A stretch of DNA of 64,000 nt from Podarcis melisellensis (Eukaryota): assembly GCA_964234715.1 (NCBI GenBank), contig OZ174275.1. One strand, given 5' to 3'. The notes beneath the pieces are model-generated. The model ran no database searches and was not told the origin of the DNA. It saw only the letters and a program-made list of their open reading frames with translations. Positions 13,805 through 24,124 of the stretch are shown here, one piece after another (positions within the stretch are counted from its first letter, which is position 1; each line of letters begins with the position of its first letter). The position numbers and the translations under genes are program-made.

Positions 13805-13971
13805 TGATAAACTCCATTGTAGACGAGAAGCTGAGTCACCAATGTGGCAAGAAATGCAATTCCTATTCCCAGGCCGAAGCCACTTCGAGATCGATCAAAC
13901 GTCCACCACAGCCCAATTGAAAGTGCAGCAAGTGTGAGGGACAACTGGATGTTGTTGGCAAAATCCACTTT
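13805..13971 (-). CDS. INSIG2: INSIG2 coding exon 3: [55 protein letters not shown](Q)
   Basis: Translated by hand (not in ORF track); acceptor ctcacag|AAA, donor CA|GTAAGT; 167 nt; conserved [10 protein letters not shown] motif. Confidence 0.98.
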
Positions 13972-14608
13972 CTGTGAGCGTCGTTAAGGAACAGTTTCGG
14001 AAGATCAGCGGAACACTGACTAATTGTTTTGGGATTTTGCCTCAAAGGGATTGCCAGTAAGCATAACACAACTCTGATTTTCCTGACACTGAACAGCTTT
14101 CCGAAAATTAGCTCTAACTGGAACGTCCCTAGCTGACCATTTGCAGCACTCTTAGGACTAGACCAAAGGCATGATGTTTCAAATGCTTGTTTAGTAGGTA
14201 TGCAAATACTCATGAGTGCGTGTTGGCTTGCAAAAGTGCCTTCCTTGGGATAGCCACCTTGCTTAAAAGTTTACATGCACCCTGTCATTAGTGTGAACTC
14301 TTGTGCCACGAGAATGTTATTTCTTAATACTTTATTGCTTCTTGCTGCTGTTTTATGGCCAAGCTTTCTTCAGCCACACTGGATTTTTTATTGTGTTTAT
14401 TAAGTTATTTTAAACATGTAGCTTGAAACTGTTGTAAATCACCGTGAGTTAACAATGGAAGGGCAACTAGTAAATTCACTGCCACGTCGGGGAGTACACC
14501 AGGCGTGCAATCCCAGTGAAGTGAGCGGGGCAGCTGTTGTTTAGCTCTTGGCCTCCTAGAAAAAAGTTTGGATGCGGCTGCCAACTTCATTACCATAGAG
14601 AAGGATAC
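13972..14608 (-). other. INSIG2: U12-type (minor spliceosome) GT-AG intron of INSIG2
   Basis: 5' splice site GTATCCTT (14608-14601); branch point TTCCTTAAC (13991-13983) just upstream of the CAG acceptor; no polypyrimidine tract. Confidence 0.95.
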
Positions 14609-14733
14609 AGCACTGGCATGATTTATACCAACAAAGACTGCTACACACCGCATCACACTGGACCATTCCCTCTTAAATTTGTGTGGCTCTCCCAGGTGTC
14701 GATCCATGCAGGGGTACAATAACCCAATCACAG
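14609..14733 (-). CDS. INSIG2: INSIG2 coding exon 2: (A)[41 protein letters not shown]
   Basis: Acceptor tttacag|CT, 125 nt, in frame with previous exon; ends at U12-type donor GTATCCTT. Confidence 0.98.
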
Positions 14734-15203
14734 CTGTAAATGACAACAACAAAAGGCGAAAGGAACAATTATGACTTCTGCCAAATTTGCCATTCGCTGA
14801 CGCTCCCTAAATTGGCTGATATCATACTGGTAACCATTCATTACATTACTAGTTAATTTTACGAAACGACATATTTTTTTATAACTTCCCGCAGATGAAA
14901 ACACGCTAGCAAACAAATTTCTGCCACTGCCCTTGCCTTCAGCCTTGTTGAATGCCCTCCAGATGCTTTGGACTAGAACTTCCATTAGCCCCAGGCAATG
15001 TGGGAAACCAATGTGCTGGTTTTGACCTGTGAAGCCTCATGCAGCTCACTCTCAAAGACCACCTGTCCCCACATGAACCAAGTCAAGACTGTGTTCATCA
15101 CCTGAGGCCCTTCTCCATGTGCACCCACTGAGAGAGGTGCAGAGGGTGGAAACAAAAAAATTCCTTCCAGTAGCACCTTAAAGACCAACTAAGTTAGTTC
15201 TTG

Positions 15204-15241
15204 GTATGAGCTTTCGTGTGCATGCACACTTCTTCAGATAC
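15204..15241 (-). ncRNA. Minimal type I hammerhead ribozyme motif (intact core; sense to INSIG2 pre-mRNA)
   Basis: Exact reverse complement of 15598-15635. Confidence 0.8.
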
Positions 15242-15420
15242 ACTGAAACAGAAGTCACCAGACCCTTCTATATAGTGAGAAGGTGGGGAGGGTATTACTC
15301 AGAAGGGTGGTGGGAATGGGTGATTGGCAGATAGCTGTGATGAGCCTGTTGACGACTCTTAACGACTGCAATAGGTCTTACAGGAAAAAGCAAGGGGTGA
15401 GAAGGTGAAAAATGGCTTTG

Positions 15421-15522
15421 TCATGTATAATGAGATAAGAATCCAATGTCTTTGTTCAGACCAGGTCTCTCCATGGTTTTAAGTTTGGTAATAAGTTGCA
15501 ATTCAGCAGCTTCTCTTTCCAT
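15421..15522 (-). pseudogene. Remnant C-terminus of a Penelope GIY-YIG endonuclease
   Basis: RE..E..LI.K..T...PGLN pattern typical of GIY-YIG domain ends; 5' truncated at the inversion junction. Confidence 0.7.
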
Positions 15523-15597
15523 TCCCACCACCCTTCTGAGTAATACCCCTGCCCACCTTCTCACTATATAGAAGGGTCTGGTAACTTCTGTTTCAGT

Positions 15598-15635
15598 GTA
15601 TCTGAAGAAGTGTGCATGCACACGAAAGCTCATAC
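15598..15635 (+). ncRNA. Minimal type I hammerhead ribozyme motif (intact core)
   Basis: GTAT-CTGAAGA-A-GTGTG(CATG)CACAC-GAAA-GCTC-ATAC: stem I GTAT/ATAC, CUGANGA and GAAA core, stem II, palindromic AGCT stem III, predicted cleavage after C15631. Confidence 0.8.
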
Positions 15636-15979
15636 CAAGAACTAACTTAGTTGGTCTTTAAGGTGCTACTGGAAGGAATTTTTTTGTTTTGACTATGGCA
15701 GACCAACACGGCTACCTATCTGTAACTGGAAGGGTGGAAACATGAAAGCAAGCCTTTTGACTGACAGCATCCTACTTGTGAAACTCTCCCCCAGAAGGCA
15801 TGCCTGGCACCACCACTATGTATTTTCAGGCACCAGACAAAAACATCTCTTTGAACCCAGGCTTTAGCCCCTTAATTTGGAGAGTATCAGCTATCTGTGG
15901 CCTCTTTTAGTGGGGTGGGGTGTTTGAGACCTATATAGGGATGTGTTTTTAGGTTCTCATTCTGTTTGGGTTCCTAATA

Positions 15980-16210
15980 CAGTGGTACCTTGGGTTACGA
16001 ACTTAATTCGTTCCGGAAGTCCGTTCTTAACCCGAAACCATTCTTAACCTGGGGTGCGCTTTCGCTAATGGGGCCTCCCACTGCTGCCAGCGCGATTTCC
16101 GTTCTCATCCTGGGGCAAAGTTCGCAACCCGAGGTACTATTTCTGGGTTAGTGGAGTTTGTAACCCAAAGAGTTTGTAACCTGAAGTGTTTGTGACCCGA
16201 GGTACCACTG
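15980..16210. mobile_element. Tc1/mariner MITE, copy 2
   Basis: Same TIRs, TA duplication on both sides. Confidence 0.85.
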
Positions 16211-17449
16211 TACCCGGTTTTAATGTTTGTACCATTTTTGCAAGTTGCTTCGAGTCACCTTTGTGGGGAAAGTGGCTAATGAAAGCAAACAACAACAGTG
16301 CGGGATGCTGGGAGCTGTACTCTAAACCTCCAGAGGGACCAGGGTGGAGAAGGATGGCAAAAGACAATCAAGCCAAGCAAATGCTTGTGTCTAGAATTGC
16401 CAATCTAGGTGTAAAATAAAAATGAAGCAAATGGTACGGTAAAATACTCAAGGATTTCAGGTGGGCAAAAAATAAATAAATAAAAAGGAAAGATGACAGG
16501 CAGGCAGTTTAGAGATAAAACGAGTCTCTAACTGTGACCAAAATATTCCAAGCGCGCACACACATGCCCCCGAGAAAAGAAAACCAACACATTCAGACAA
16601 TTTACACAGACAATTCCTTTCAAATCTGAATCCTCTGTAAAATCTGTGGTGTATTAATTCCATGAAAAGGTACAAAAGGAAAGTAATTAGATAATGCAAG
16701 ATACGTAGCCTTGAAGATTATCTTCAGCAGCAACAACAAAAACCTGTTTCCTAGACAATAGATCGGTTTATTGACCTGTATCAGAATCTGACAAGCAGCA
16801 CCTCAGGAAAATATTGGCATATTATGGGAGGTTTACTTACAATAGAACCTTCCCCTAGTGCTGCCCCCTGACTCCACTGCCAAGAGGCTTCCGCTGATAA
16901 AAAGATCTTATGCAGCAACGGAATTCATTAAAGTATTGGCTGAATCAGTGGTAGGGAGACTGGAAAGATATGTACCCTACCCTGCCACAGAATCTAGATG
17001 CCATTGTACTACAGAAGCCTTACCCAACCTGGGGTTCTCCAGATGTTTTGGGCTATAACTCTCATCAGCCCCCACCAGCAGTCTGGCTTACAGAAATTCC
17101 GCTCAATCAAAAGAATTCAGCAGATCATGCTACTTACTTAAGATCAGCATTGCCTTGCAAAATTTAAAAACATTTCTACCATAAATCAGATTTTCAAAAT
17201 AAATAAATTTGGACCACCAAATGGAAATTGAAATCAGATTTTTTTTATATAAAAAAATGAAGTTGGATCACTGAATGCAAACTGGCTGCCCATGACTGCT
17301 TTTTCTTTTCTAAACTGCAGCCAGAGGAGGGGAGGTGCAATCCTGACTGGGACTGTAGCTGAAGCAAAGTGTTGGCGTCCCCTCCGACCAGCCCTGGTCC
17401 AGATTAGCTAGGCCTCCCTCTCTGCCTAGGGCCAGTCATGTGGTTGATG

Positions 17450-17900
17450 CAGGGCCAGATTTAGGTTTGATGAGGCCTTCGGCTACTGAAGGTAATGGGG
17501 CCCTTTATATGCCCAGCTGCCCTTTGTCAACAACAAATTGTCACTGTTTTTGGTGTTGAATGTATGCTATATGGTAATTTATGGGCCCAATAGGTATCTA
17601 AAGCCATTTGCACATGTTGCCATGCAACCAGTCCATGCAGAATGTAGGCACCCTATATATAGAACTGAGCAAACCAGTGAGATTTGAGGGAGCAGGCTAG
17701 CAGGCAGGGCCCATTACTTACATCATAGGAACCTACACAACACAAAACACTGTTGCTGTATGCAGGTTTTATTTTTTGTTTTTTATCTTATATTTTGGAA
17801 ACGTACATCCAGTCCCCCCCCCTTTAAATTTCTCTGGGGGCCCCAAGAGAGTAGGGCCCTAAGCTATAGCTTGTTTAGCTTATATGTAAATGCGGCCCTG
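17450..17900. mobile_element. Non-autonomous hAT DNA transposon, same family as 38088-38812
   Basis: TIRs CAGGGCCAGATTTA / TAAATGCGGCCCTG; long colinear similarity to the 38 kb copy. Confidence 0.8.
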
Positions 17901-18378
17901 GGATGCCATGCCCAGATTGGGTCATGAGAAGCAATGACGAATGGAGAATGCCTGGCACGCTTTCCTCTGCCAGAATCTAAGACATCCCAGCAAGCTAATC
18001 CCTACTAGCAGCAAGAGGGGGAGCTGTAACTGGGTTGCACAGTTGCATGAATCCAGCATCTGCATATCCTCCGATGCGCACGCATGAGTTCTCAGCACAT
18101 TAGGTTCCTATGTCAGGGCTACATGATGCACCTCCCACATCTGTGACTCTCTGTCCACCTCATTCTTCATGGCTGAGCAGAGGTGACAAGGAAGTGCATA
18201 GATACAAAAGGTGCACCCAGACCTCACGTTCCTCTTTACGACCCTTGCCTGGTTCATGTCCACAGGTGTCTTGGAGGAAAGGAGGAGGCAATGCCAAATG
18301 GTGCTTCTGCGGACTGAATCAAGCCCATGATGTCTCCCCTAATAAGGTTTCTCTCCGGCCGCATTTGTTCCGACATAC

Positions 18379-18625
18379 CTGATGCTGTTCCACAGCAAAG
18401 CGGTACCCACCAAGCCGAAGAGAAGACGCTGGTGATCACATCTGGTGGGAACAAGGTGACGTTTCTCTGAATTTGTAGCAAGTTTAATACTAGAGCAAGA
18501 AAGACACCAATTAAAAAGAGGACTATCCCGCGGATCATCAAGTTCAGGCTGTGGCTGGTCACCGAGGAAATGTACGGACCGCACTTCTTTGGGATGGATG
18601 GCTGCGTATCATCGTCATCTGCCAT
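18379..18625 (-). CDS. INSIG2: INSIG2 coding exon 1 (gene exon 2): [23 protein letters not shown]...[13 protein letters not shown]
   Basis: Translation matches the vertebrate INSIG2 N-terminus ([46 protein letters not shown]). ATG in strong context (GCCATGG); donor TCAG|GTATGT at 18378; 247 nt, phase 1. Confidence 0.98.
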
Positions 18626-18735
18626 GGCCGCCTGTACTTACAGCAAAATGCAACGCATATGTTGGGAGAGAAGGGAGGATGACCAAGAAGCTTGAAGCAA
18701 TACTATTTTTCTTAATTCAGGGTATACTCCAAATC
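18626..18735 (-). other. INSIG2: INSIG2 exon 2, 5' UTR portion
   Basis: Polypyrimidine tract and acceptor tgtttgttttgttttgcacag|GATTT at 18736/18735, upstream of the ATG. Confidence 0.8.
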
Positions 18736-19338
18736 CTGTGCAAAACAAAACAAACAAACAATATAATTATGGAACGCACTCATATATAATCTTTGAAGAA
18801 GGCTGCTGCAGCATGGCATTAACTCACGAGGACTTCTACTAGCCAGTTTCTGCAGCTTTCAATCCTTGTGCACCTTTGGAGAGCTACTGTACAGGGAATA
18901 AGTGGCCGGTGGATTCAACCCATTCCAAAGATGCTTCTGAGTAGAAAACAAGCACAGCCGCTCTTGGTGCTTGTCTCAGCTGTCCACTAAAATACAGAGG
19001 AATCAGGTTCTGCAATGAATGCACACTAATGTGTGTGAGCAAGAAAGGCTTTTTTGTCACTATTCACAGTGGGGAGGAGTGGGTTAAAAGAGCACTTTGG
19101 CAATGTGGCTACTCACATGGGAATAAGTCCATAGGTGCCCACTGCTCAACTGAAAATATAGGTTCTGCTAAAAAAAATAATAAGTTGCTGATATAAAGAT
19201 AAATGTAGCATCACCTTAAAACACGCATAAGGAGGTTCTTTTCTATATGAAAAAATCAACACCCAGATAATCAGCGTAATTGGCAAGAATTCCCAGCTTT
19301 CATTTATTTTAGTACTATAAAATTCTACTCCTCATTTG

Positions 19339-19479
19339 TGAATAAAAGCTTTAAATCCTGGGGTCATATGCATCCAGATTTTATTCAGAGTAGACCTATT
19401 GACACCCATGGACCTAACTTACCCATGCTCATTTATTTCAATGGGTCTACTCTATGTAAGACTTGGTTGAGTAACACCC
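19339..19479. mobile_element. Short palindromic MITE (AGAGTAGACCTATTGA / TCAATGGGTCTACTCT)
   Basis: Inverted arms seen directly. Confidence 0.5.
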
Positions 19480-19579
19480 ATAACCACCATCTGAATAGAA
19501 AGTTGCAGAAAACAAAATGGAAATGAAATGATTTTTACTAAACTTTCTGGTTCATCATCACTGCTTCAGGAATTATTTA

Positions 19580-19826
19580 CCGTATTTTTCGCTCTATAAG
19601 ACGCACCAGACCACAAGACACACCTAGTTTTTGGAGGAGGAAAACAAGAAAAAAAATATTCTGAATCTCAGAAGCCAGAACAGCAAGAGGGATCGCTGCA
19701 CAGTGAAAGCAGCAATCCCTCTTGCTGTTCTGGCTTCTGGGATAGCTGCGCAGCCTGCATTTGCTCCATAAGACGCACTTACTTTTTAGGAGGGAAAAAG
19801 TGAGCCTTATAGAGCAAAAAATACGG
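19580..19826. mobile_element. Tc2/pogo-type MITE with internal hairpin
   Basis: TIR CCGTATTTTTCGCTCTATAAG / CTTATAGAGCAAAAAATACGG flanked by TA. Confidence 0.8.
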
Positions 19827-20427
19827 TAATCTTGACAAAACTGATACTAGGACTTTTGGTCTCTATTGCTGAAAGATTCAAGGCCCATCTCCCCAAAAGC
19901 TGAGAACTGAACATGGAATATCATAGGCAGCCAAACATTCATGGGGTAGTGGTGAATCACCGAAGTAGCATAGCCTGTTTTCTTTTCTTTTGTTTTCCTT
20001 TTAGCCAAAGCCTGGCACACATCATGTTACCACAAACTTAAACATACCAAGTCGATGTGGCAACCTCCCAAAGAGGTGATTCCACAAATTGCTGTGATAG
20101 TAAGTGATTAGCGATTGCATAATAAACTGCAGAGCCTAGCTTTAAGTTGAACTTATCAGGAATAGAATCAGAGTAGCTGCACAGATAGCATAATGGCTAG
20201 GGTGTTGCTTTGATGGGGAAAGAAGACGCAGCAGTGTGACTCCTTAGAGGTCAATGGAATTATCCTTGTGTGCCTGACGACTGAATGATGACAACTTCAG
20301 TAATTGACTTGGTTAGATCAATATGCAAACAAAAGAATGGAAACACACCCATTATTAGGTAGTACCGGAGGTAGGAAGAAAGTATTGGTAGGCAGGGCCT
20401 GGTGTACTTTACTACAAGATTCAGACC

Positions 20428-20810
20428 TGAATAGCTCAGCTGGTTAAAGCATGGTGCTGATACAGTGGTACCTCAGGTTAAGTACTTAATTCGTTCCGGA
20501 GGTCCGTTCTTAACCTGAAACTGTTCTTAACCTGAAGCACCACTTTAGTTAATGGGGCCTCCCGCTGCTGCCGTGCCGCCGGAGCACGATGTCAGTTCTC
20601 ATCCTGAAGCAAAGTTCTTAACCTGAAGCACTATTTCTGGGTTAGCGGAGTCTGTAACCTGAAGCATATGTAACCCGAGGTACCACTGTAGTTACATGGT
20701 TGCAGGTTCAATCCCCGTATGGGACAGCTGCATATTACTGCATTGCTGGGGATGGACTAGGTGATCGTCAGGGTCCATTCCAACTCTGAAATTCCATGGT
20801 TCTGTGATTT
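20428..20810 (+). mobile_element. tRNA-Ile-derived SINE with CR1-like tail (split by MITE copy 3)
   Basis: Head TAGCTCAGCTGGTTAAAGCATGGTGCTGATA...GGTTCAATCCCCGTA; tail GGACTAGG...TTCCAACTCT; uninterrupted relative at 50581-50726. Confidence 0.75.
20463..20688. mobile_element. Tc1/mariner MITE, copy 3 (inserted into a tRNA-Ile-derived SINE)
   Basis: Same TIRs, TA duplication. Confidence 0.85.
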
Positions 20811-20827
20811 CTAGAAGAGGTGCTTTT

Positions 20828-20966
20828 CATAGAATTGTAGAGTTAGAAGTGGACCTCCAGGGCCATCTAGTCCAACCCCTGGAATGAAGGAATCTTTCGC
20901 CCAGTGTGGGGCTCAAGCCCCTTACCCTGAGATTAGGAATCTCAGGCTCTACCATCTGAGCCATTT
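20828..20966 (-). mobile_element. tRNA-Lys-derived SINE with CR1-like tail
   Basis: Minus strand GGCTCAGATGGTAGAGCCTGAGATTCCTAATCTCAGGG...GAGCCCCACACTGGGCG resembles tRNA-Lys(CTT); tail CTCTACAATTCTATGA. Confidence 0.75.
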
Positions 20967-22348
20967 CTGGTGTTGCTGTGTGCCTCTCCTCTCCCCACAA
21001 AAACATCATTCAGTAAAGGGACCTTTAAAGGTGTTCTCAATTTCTGAAACAGGTTTTATTAAGACACAAAGTGCTACAGTCAGGTGAGCTCAAGGGGTGC
21101 TTGCACAACAGTTCTTCACACACTTAGCCCCGCGCCAGAAGAGCAGAACATGCAGAGAAAATGACTAAGGTACGCTTTGAAATCAGTAACCTGGCTGGGC
21201 AAACTTGCGTAACTCCAAAGCTGGTCCTCTGTGTGGTAGAAGAGAAAAAGGGAGCCTTTCAGCGAGTGTGCATGTATACCTGAAGCATTTCATAGGAATA
21301 GGAGAGCTGTCTTCCCAGATCAGACTAAAGAGATATCAATTCAAACATCCTATTTCCGACAGGAGCCAGGTAGGTGCTGACAAGCAGGACAGGAAACGAA
21401 ACAGTCAACCCAACCCTTTGGTGCTCAGAATTATTATGTTATTATTGCTTATTTCATCTATGAGTCGCTTCCCACGAGGCATCCCAAAGTGATTCACAGC
21501 ATAATAAAAACTTATATAAAATGGCTACATAGATAAAAACCAAATGAACACATATATTTTAAAACAACAGCAGCACGTGGAAGTTTTAAATCTGATACAG
21601 AGGTAAAGATCTCTATTTTGAAGGCTTGCTGAAACAGGAATGTCTTTAGCACTCACTGAATGACAACAGGGGAGTTGCCTCTCTGATATGTAGCAGACAT
21701 AGATATGTTCCAAAGGGGAGATGCTACCACCCTAATTCTGGCCCAGTTCTGAAATGAGCCTCTTTGATAGAGTGGTACCTGCAAGATGCCCTCCATGGAA
21801 GGGCACAGTGATCAGTTGGTTACGTAGGGGATGACTCAATGTTTAAGTTATCCTTGTTTAGATAGCATCGTTCAGAAAACAGAACTCGCTGTGCAGGTGG
21901 TGTCTTTAGCTCCATTGTGAGGTGTGCTGCATGTACAGGCAGACCTTTCAAGTTTTTGCAGAGTTTCCAAGCTTAACTCCATTCAATGGTTTGCTTTGCT
22001 CGGAGAAGCAGAAGTCACCCACAGAAGCTTCAGCCAAGCCACACAATCAACTCTTACTCTGAACTCACAACCTAAGCCTTCAAAAAGCATTTCTTCTTGT
22101 GCCCTTTTCTACATCTTGCCCCCAGTGTCTTAGCCATCTGCCCTCCCTCAAGGCTTTTCATCCAACTCACCACAAACTCTTCAAAATCCAAAATATTGCC
22201 ACCAAAAGCTGGACCACTGAAAGCATGGGTGCTGTGTTGACAATTGATGCATTCTTTCAGAACCTGCACACTAGTTGTGGGCAAAGATCCACCACCACCT
22301 ATTGCTTCCCACCTGCGTATCTGGTGCAAAGGGATCCCAAAGCATTCC

Positions 22349-22349
<1 letters not shown>

Positions 22350-22395
<46 letters not shown>

Positions 22396-22959
22396 TTTTA
22401 TTTATATCCTGCCCTTCCCAGTTCAGAAAACTGGGCTCAGGGTGGCTAACAACAAATTGAAAACACTTAATTGATGCAACAAAAAACAGCATAAAATACA
22501 GTATAAAACGTGAATGACAGTAAATTCAGAACTCAAAAATTAATTTAGGGGGGGAAATCCATCCAATAAACATTAGATGATCACTAGGACTAGCTGGCTA
22601 AATTAGTCCTATTTGGGCCAGCGAGGAGACCAGGGGAGAATTAGCTGTGGGATCCCAGAACAGGTAATCTTCATAAAAAGGGGATGGGGAGGGAAGGAAG
22701 GGGAATAGATCAGGCTGAGTTCAAATTGAAAGCCAGGCGCCGTCTTACAGGCCCTGCAGAAGGAAGTTAAATCCTGCAGGGCCCTGGTCTCATGGGAGAG
22801 AGCATTCCACCAAGTTGGAGCCATCACTGAGAAGTCCCTGGCCCTGGTGGAGGATAATCTGACTTCCTTAGGGCCCGGGACCTCTAAACTATGATTATTC
22901 ATGGACCTTAAGGTCCTCTGCGGGGCATACCAGGAAAGGCGGTCCCATAAATATGAGGG
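22350..22959 (-). mobile_element. L2-clade LINE 3' fragment with (ATT)n tail
   Basis: Minus-strand peptide TRARDFSVMAPTWWNAL (RAFS..AP.LWN.LP motif) and ATT tail. Confidence 0.75.
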
Positions 22960-23903
22960 CTGTACAGAACCTTGCTAGACTACCTTTGTGGAAGGGGGTT
23001 GAAAAGTGATTGCAACTTCCTTATTTTTTATTTTTTACTATTCTCAGTTGGCAATTTGTTGGGTGCAGAAGTGCAGGCCAGCAGCAGTAGTCCACACCTG
23101 CAGGCAGTTCTGTGTGCTCCGAGAATCTGCTGAATAAGAGGTGGCGTAGAAGAAACACACAGTCTCTTGCTGCTACATCTCCACTTGCTTAAGAATAAGC
23201 GCTATCAAAAGAGGCAAACGGTTGGCAGCTTCAGAATGTGCAAAACAACGCTTCTGGGGGAGGGTTTTCCCCTCCCTTTAACGTTCCAGGTGACTAAGCT
23301 GTCAGTCAAAATACTTGTTATACACGAATGTGAGACCGGATCCATGTAGAACAAGATATTTGATTGACAGGTTGGAAAAAGAGGTGTCTGAAAAAGGAAT
23401 TCTGCCAGTCTGATCCAGAGGGTGTGTAGGAGAGCTGGTGAGGAGTGTGGAATTTTCTTGAGTACAGTACTTGATGTAGAAGGCATAGAAGTATGCCTTA
23501 GTTATGTGATCATATGGGTGGTTTTTGCTTTGTTTTGAAGGCTGATTTCCCCACTTCCAACTCTGCAATTTATGCAGCCTAAGCTTTCCTTTGGTCCAGA
23601 ATGACCTTGTCATAACATTCTTTGCTCTGGTGACCATCAGATCTCACTTTTGGTTAATTGCCATCTCTGTGCAGACTTCCTACAGTAGTTCCCTATCATT
23701 TGCAGTTCTCTTCACAGTTCAACAGTCAAGTTGCCTACTGATCTAGGCAACTGCAGGTACATTACAGTGTTTTGCTACAAAGCAGGAAATAGAGTTTTCA
23801 GACTCTACTATTGGGTTTTGGAAGGTCCTCTAATGTTTGAAACCTGCGTCCAGAACCTTGTTCTGGGTTTGTAGTCAAGACATCAAGCACAGTTCTAAGA
23901 CCA

Positions 23904-24124
23904 AATAAAAAAAAAATCCTTCCAGTAGCACCTTAGAGACCAACTATGTTTGTTATTGGTATGAGCTTTCATGTGCATGTACACTTCTTGTATCTAAAGA
24001 AGTGTGCATGCACACGAAAGCTCATACCAATAACAAACGTAGTTGGTCTTTAAGGTGCTACTCGAAGGAATTTTTTCATTTTGTTTTGACTACGGCAGAC
24101 CAACACAGCTACCTACCTGTAACT
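23904..24124. mobile_element. Penelope-like fold-back insertion B (older, diverged), in INSIG2 intron 1
   Basis: Same pLTR sequence in inverted arms meeting at 23989/23990; imperfect 13-bp TSD AGTTCTAAGACCA (23891-23903) / AGTTCTGGGACCA (24125-24137). Confidence 0.85.
23990..24027 (+). ncRNA. Degenerate hammerhead motif (core CTAAAGA)
   Basis: Identical to the copy A motif except G-to-A in the CUGANGA box. Confidence 0.65.

Larger units (their letters stand above)
15155..15730. mobile_element. Penelope-like retroelement insertion A (fold-back: minus-strand 3' end plus inverted pLTR), in INSIG2 intron 2
   Basis: About 170-bp inverted arms (~15150-15319 / 15519-15689); GIY-YIG-like C-terminal peptide EREAAELQLITKLKTMERPGLNKD on the minus strand; hammerhead motifs; 12-bp TSD AGGGTGGAAACA (15143-15154 / 15731-15742). 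Confidence 0.88.

Noticed and set aside
15155-15730. Interpretation as a DNA transposon/MITE with long TIRs
   Set aside because: Arms are asymmetric and vary in length between copies, the right end extends beyond the inverted repeat, and a GIY-YIG remnant plus hammerhead point to a Penelope-like retroelement.
18254-18378. C-terminal extension of the 123-aa ORF beyond CCGTAS
   Set aside because: Read-through into intron 2 past the GTATGT donor; INSIG2 similarity stops at the donor.
20428-20966. Functional tRNA-Ile and tRNA-Lys genes
   Set aside because: Heads are degenerate, one is split by a MITE, and both continue into CR1-like tails, so they are SINEs.
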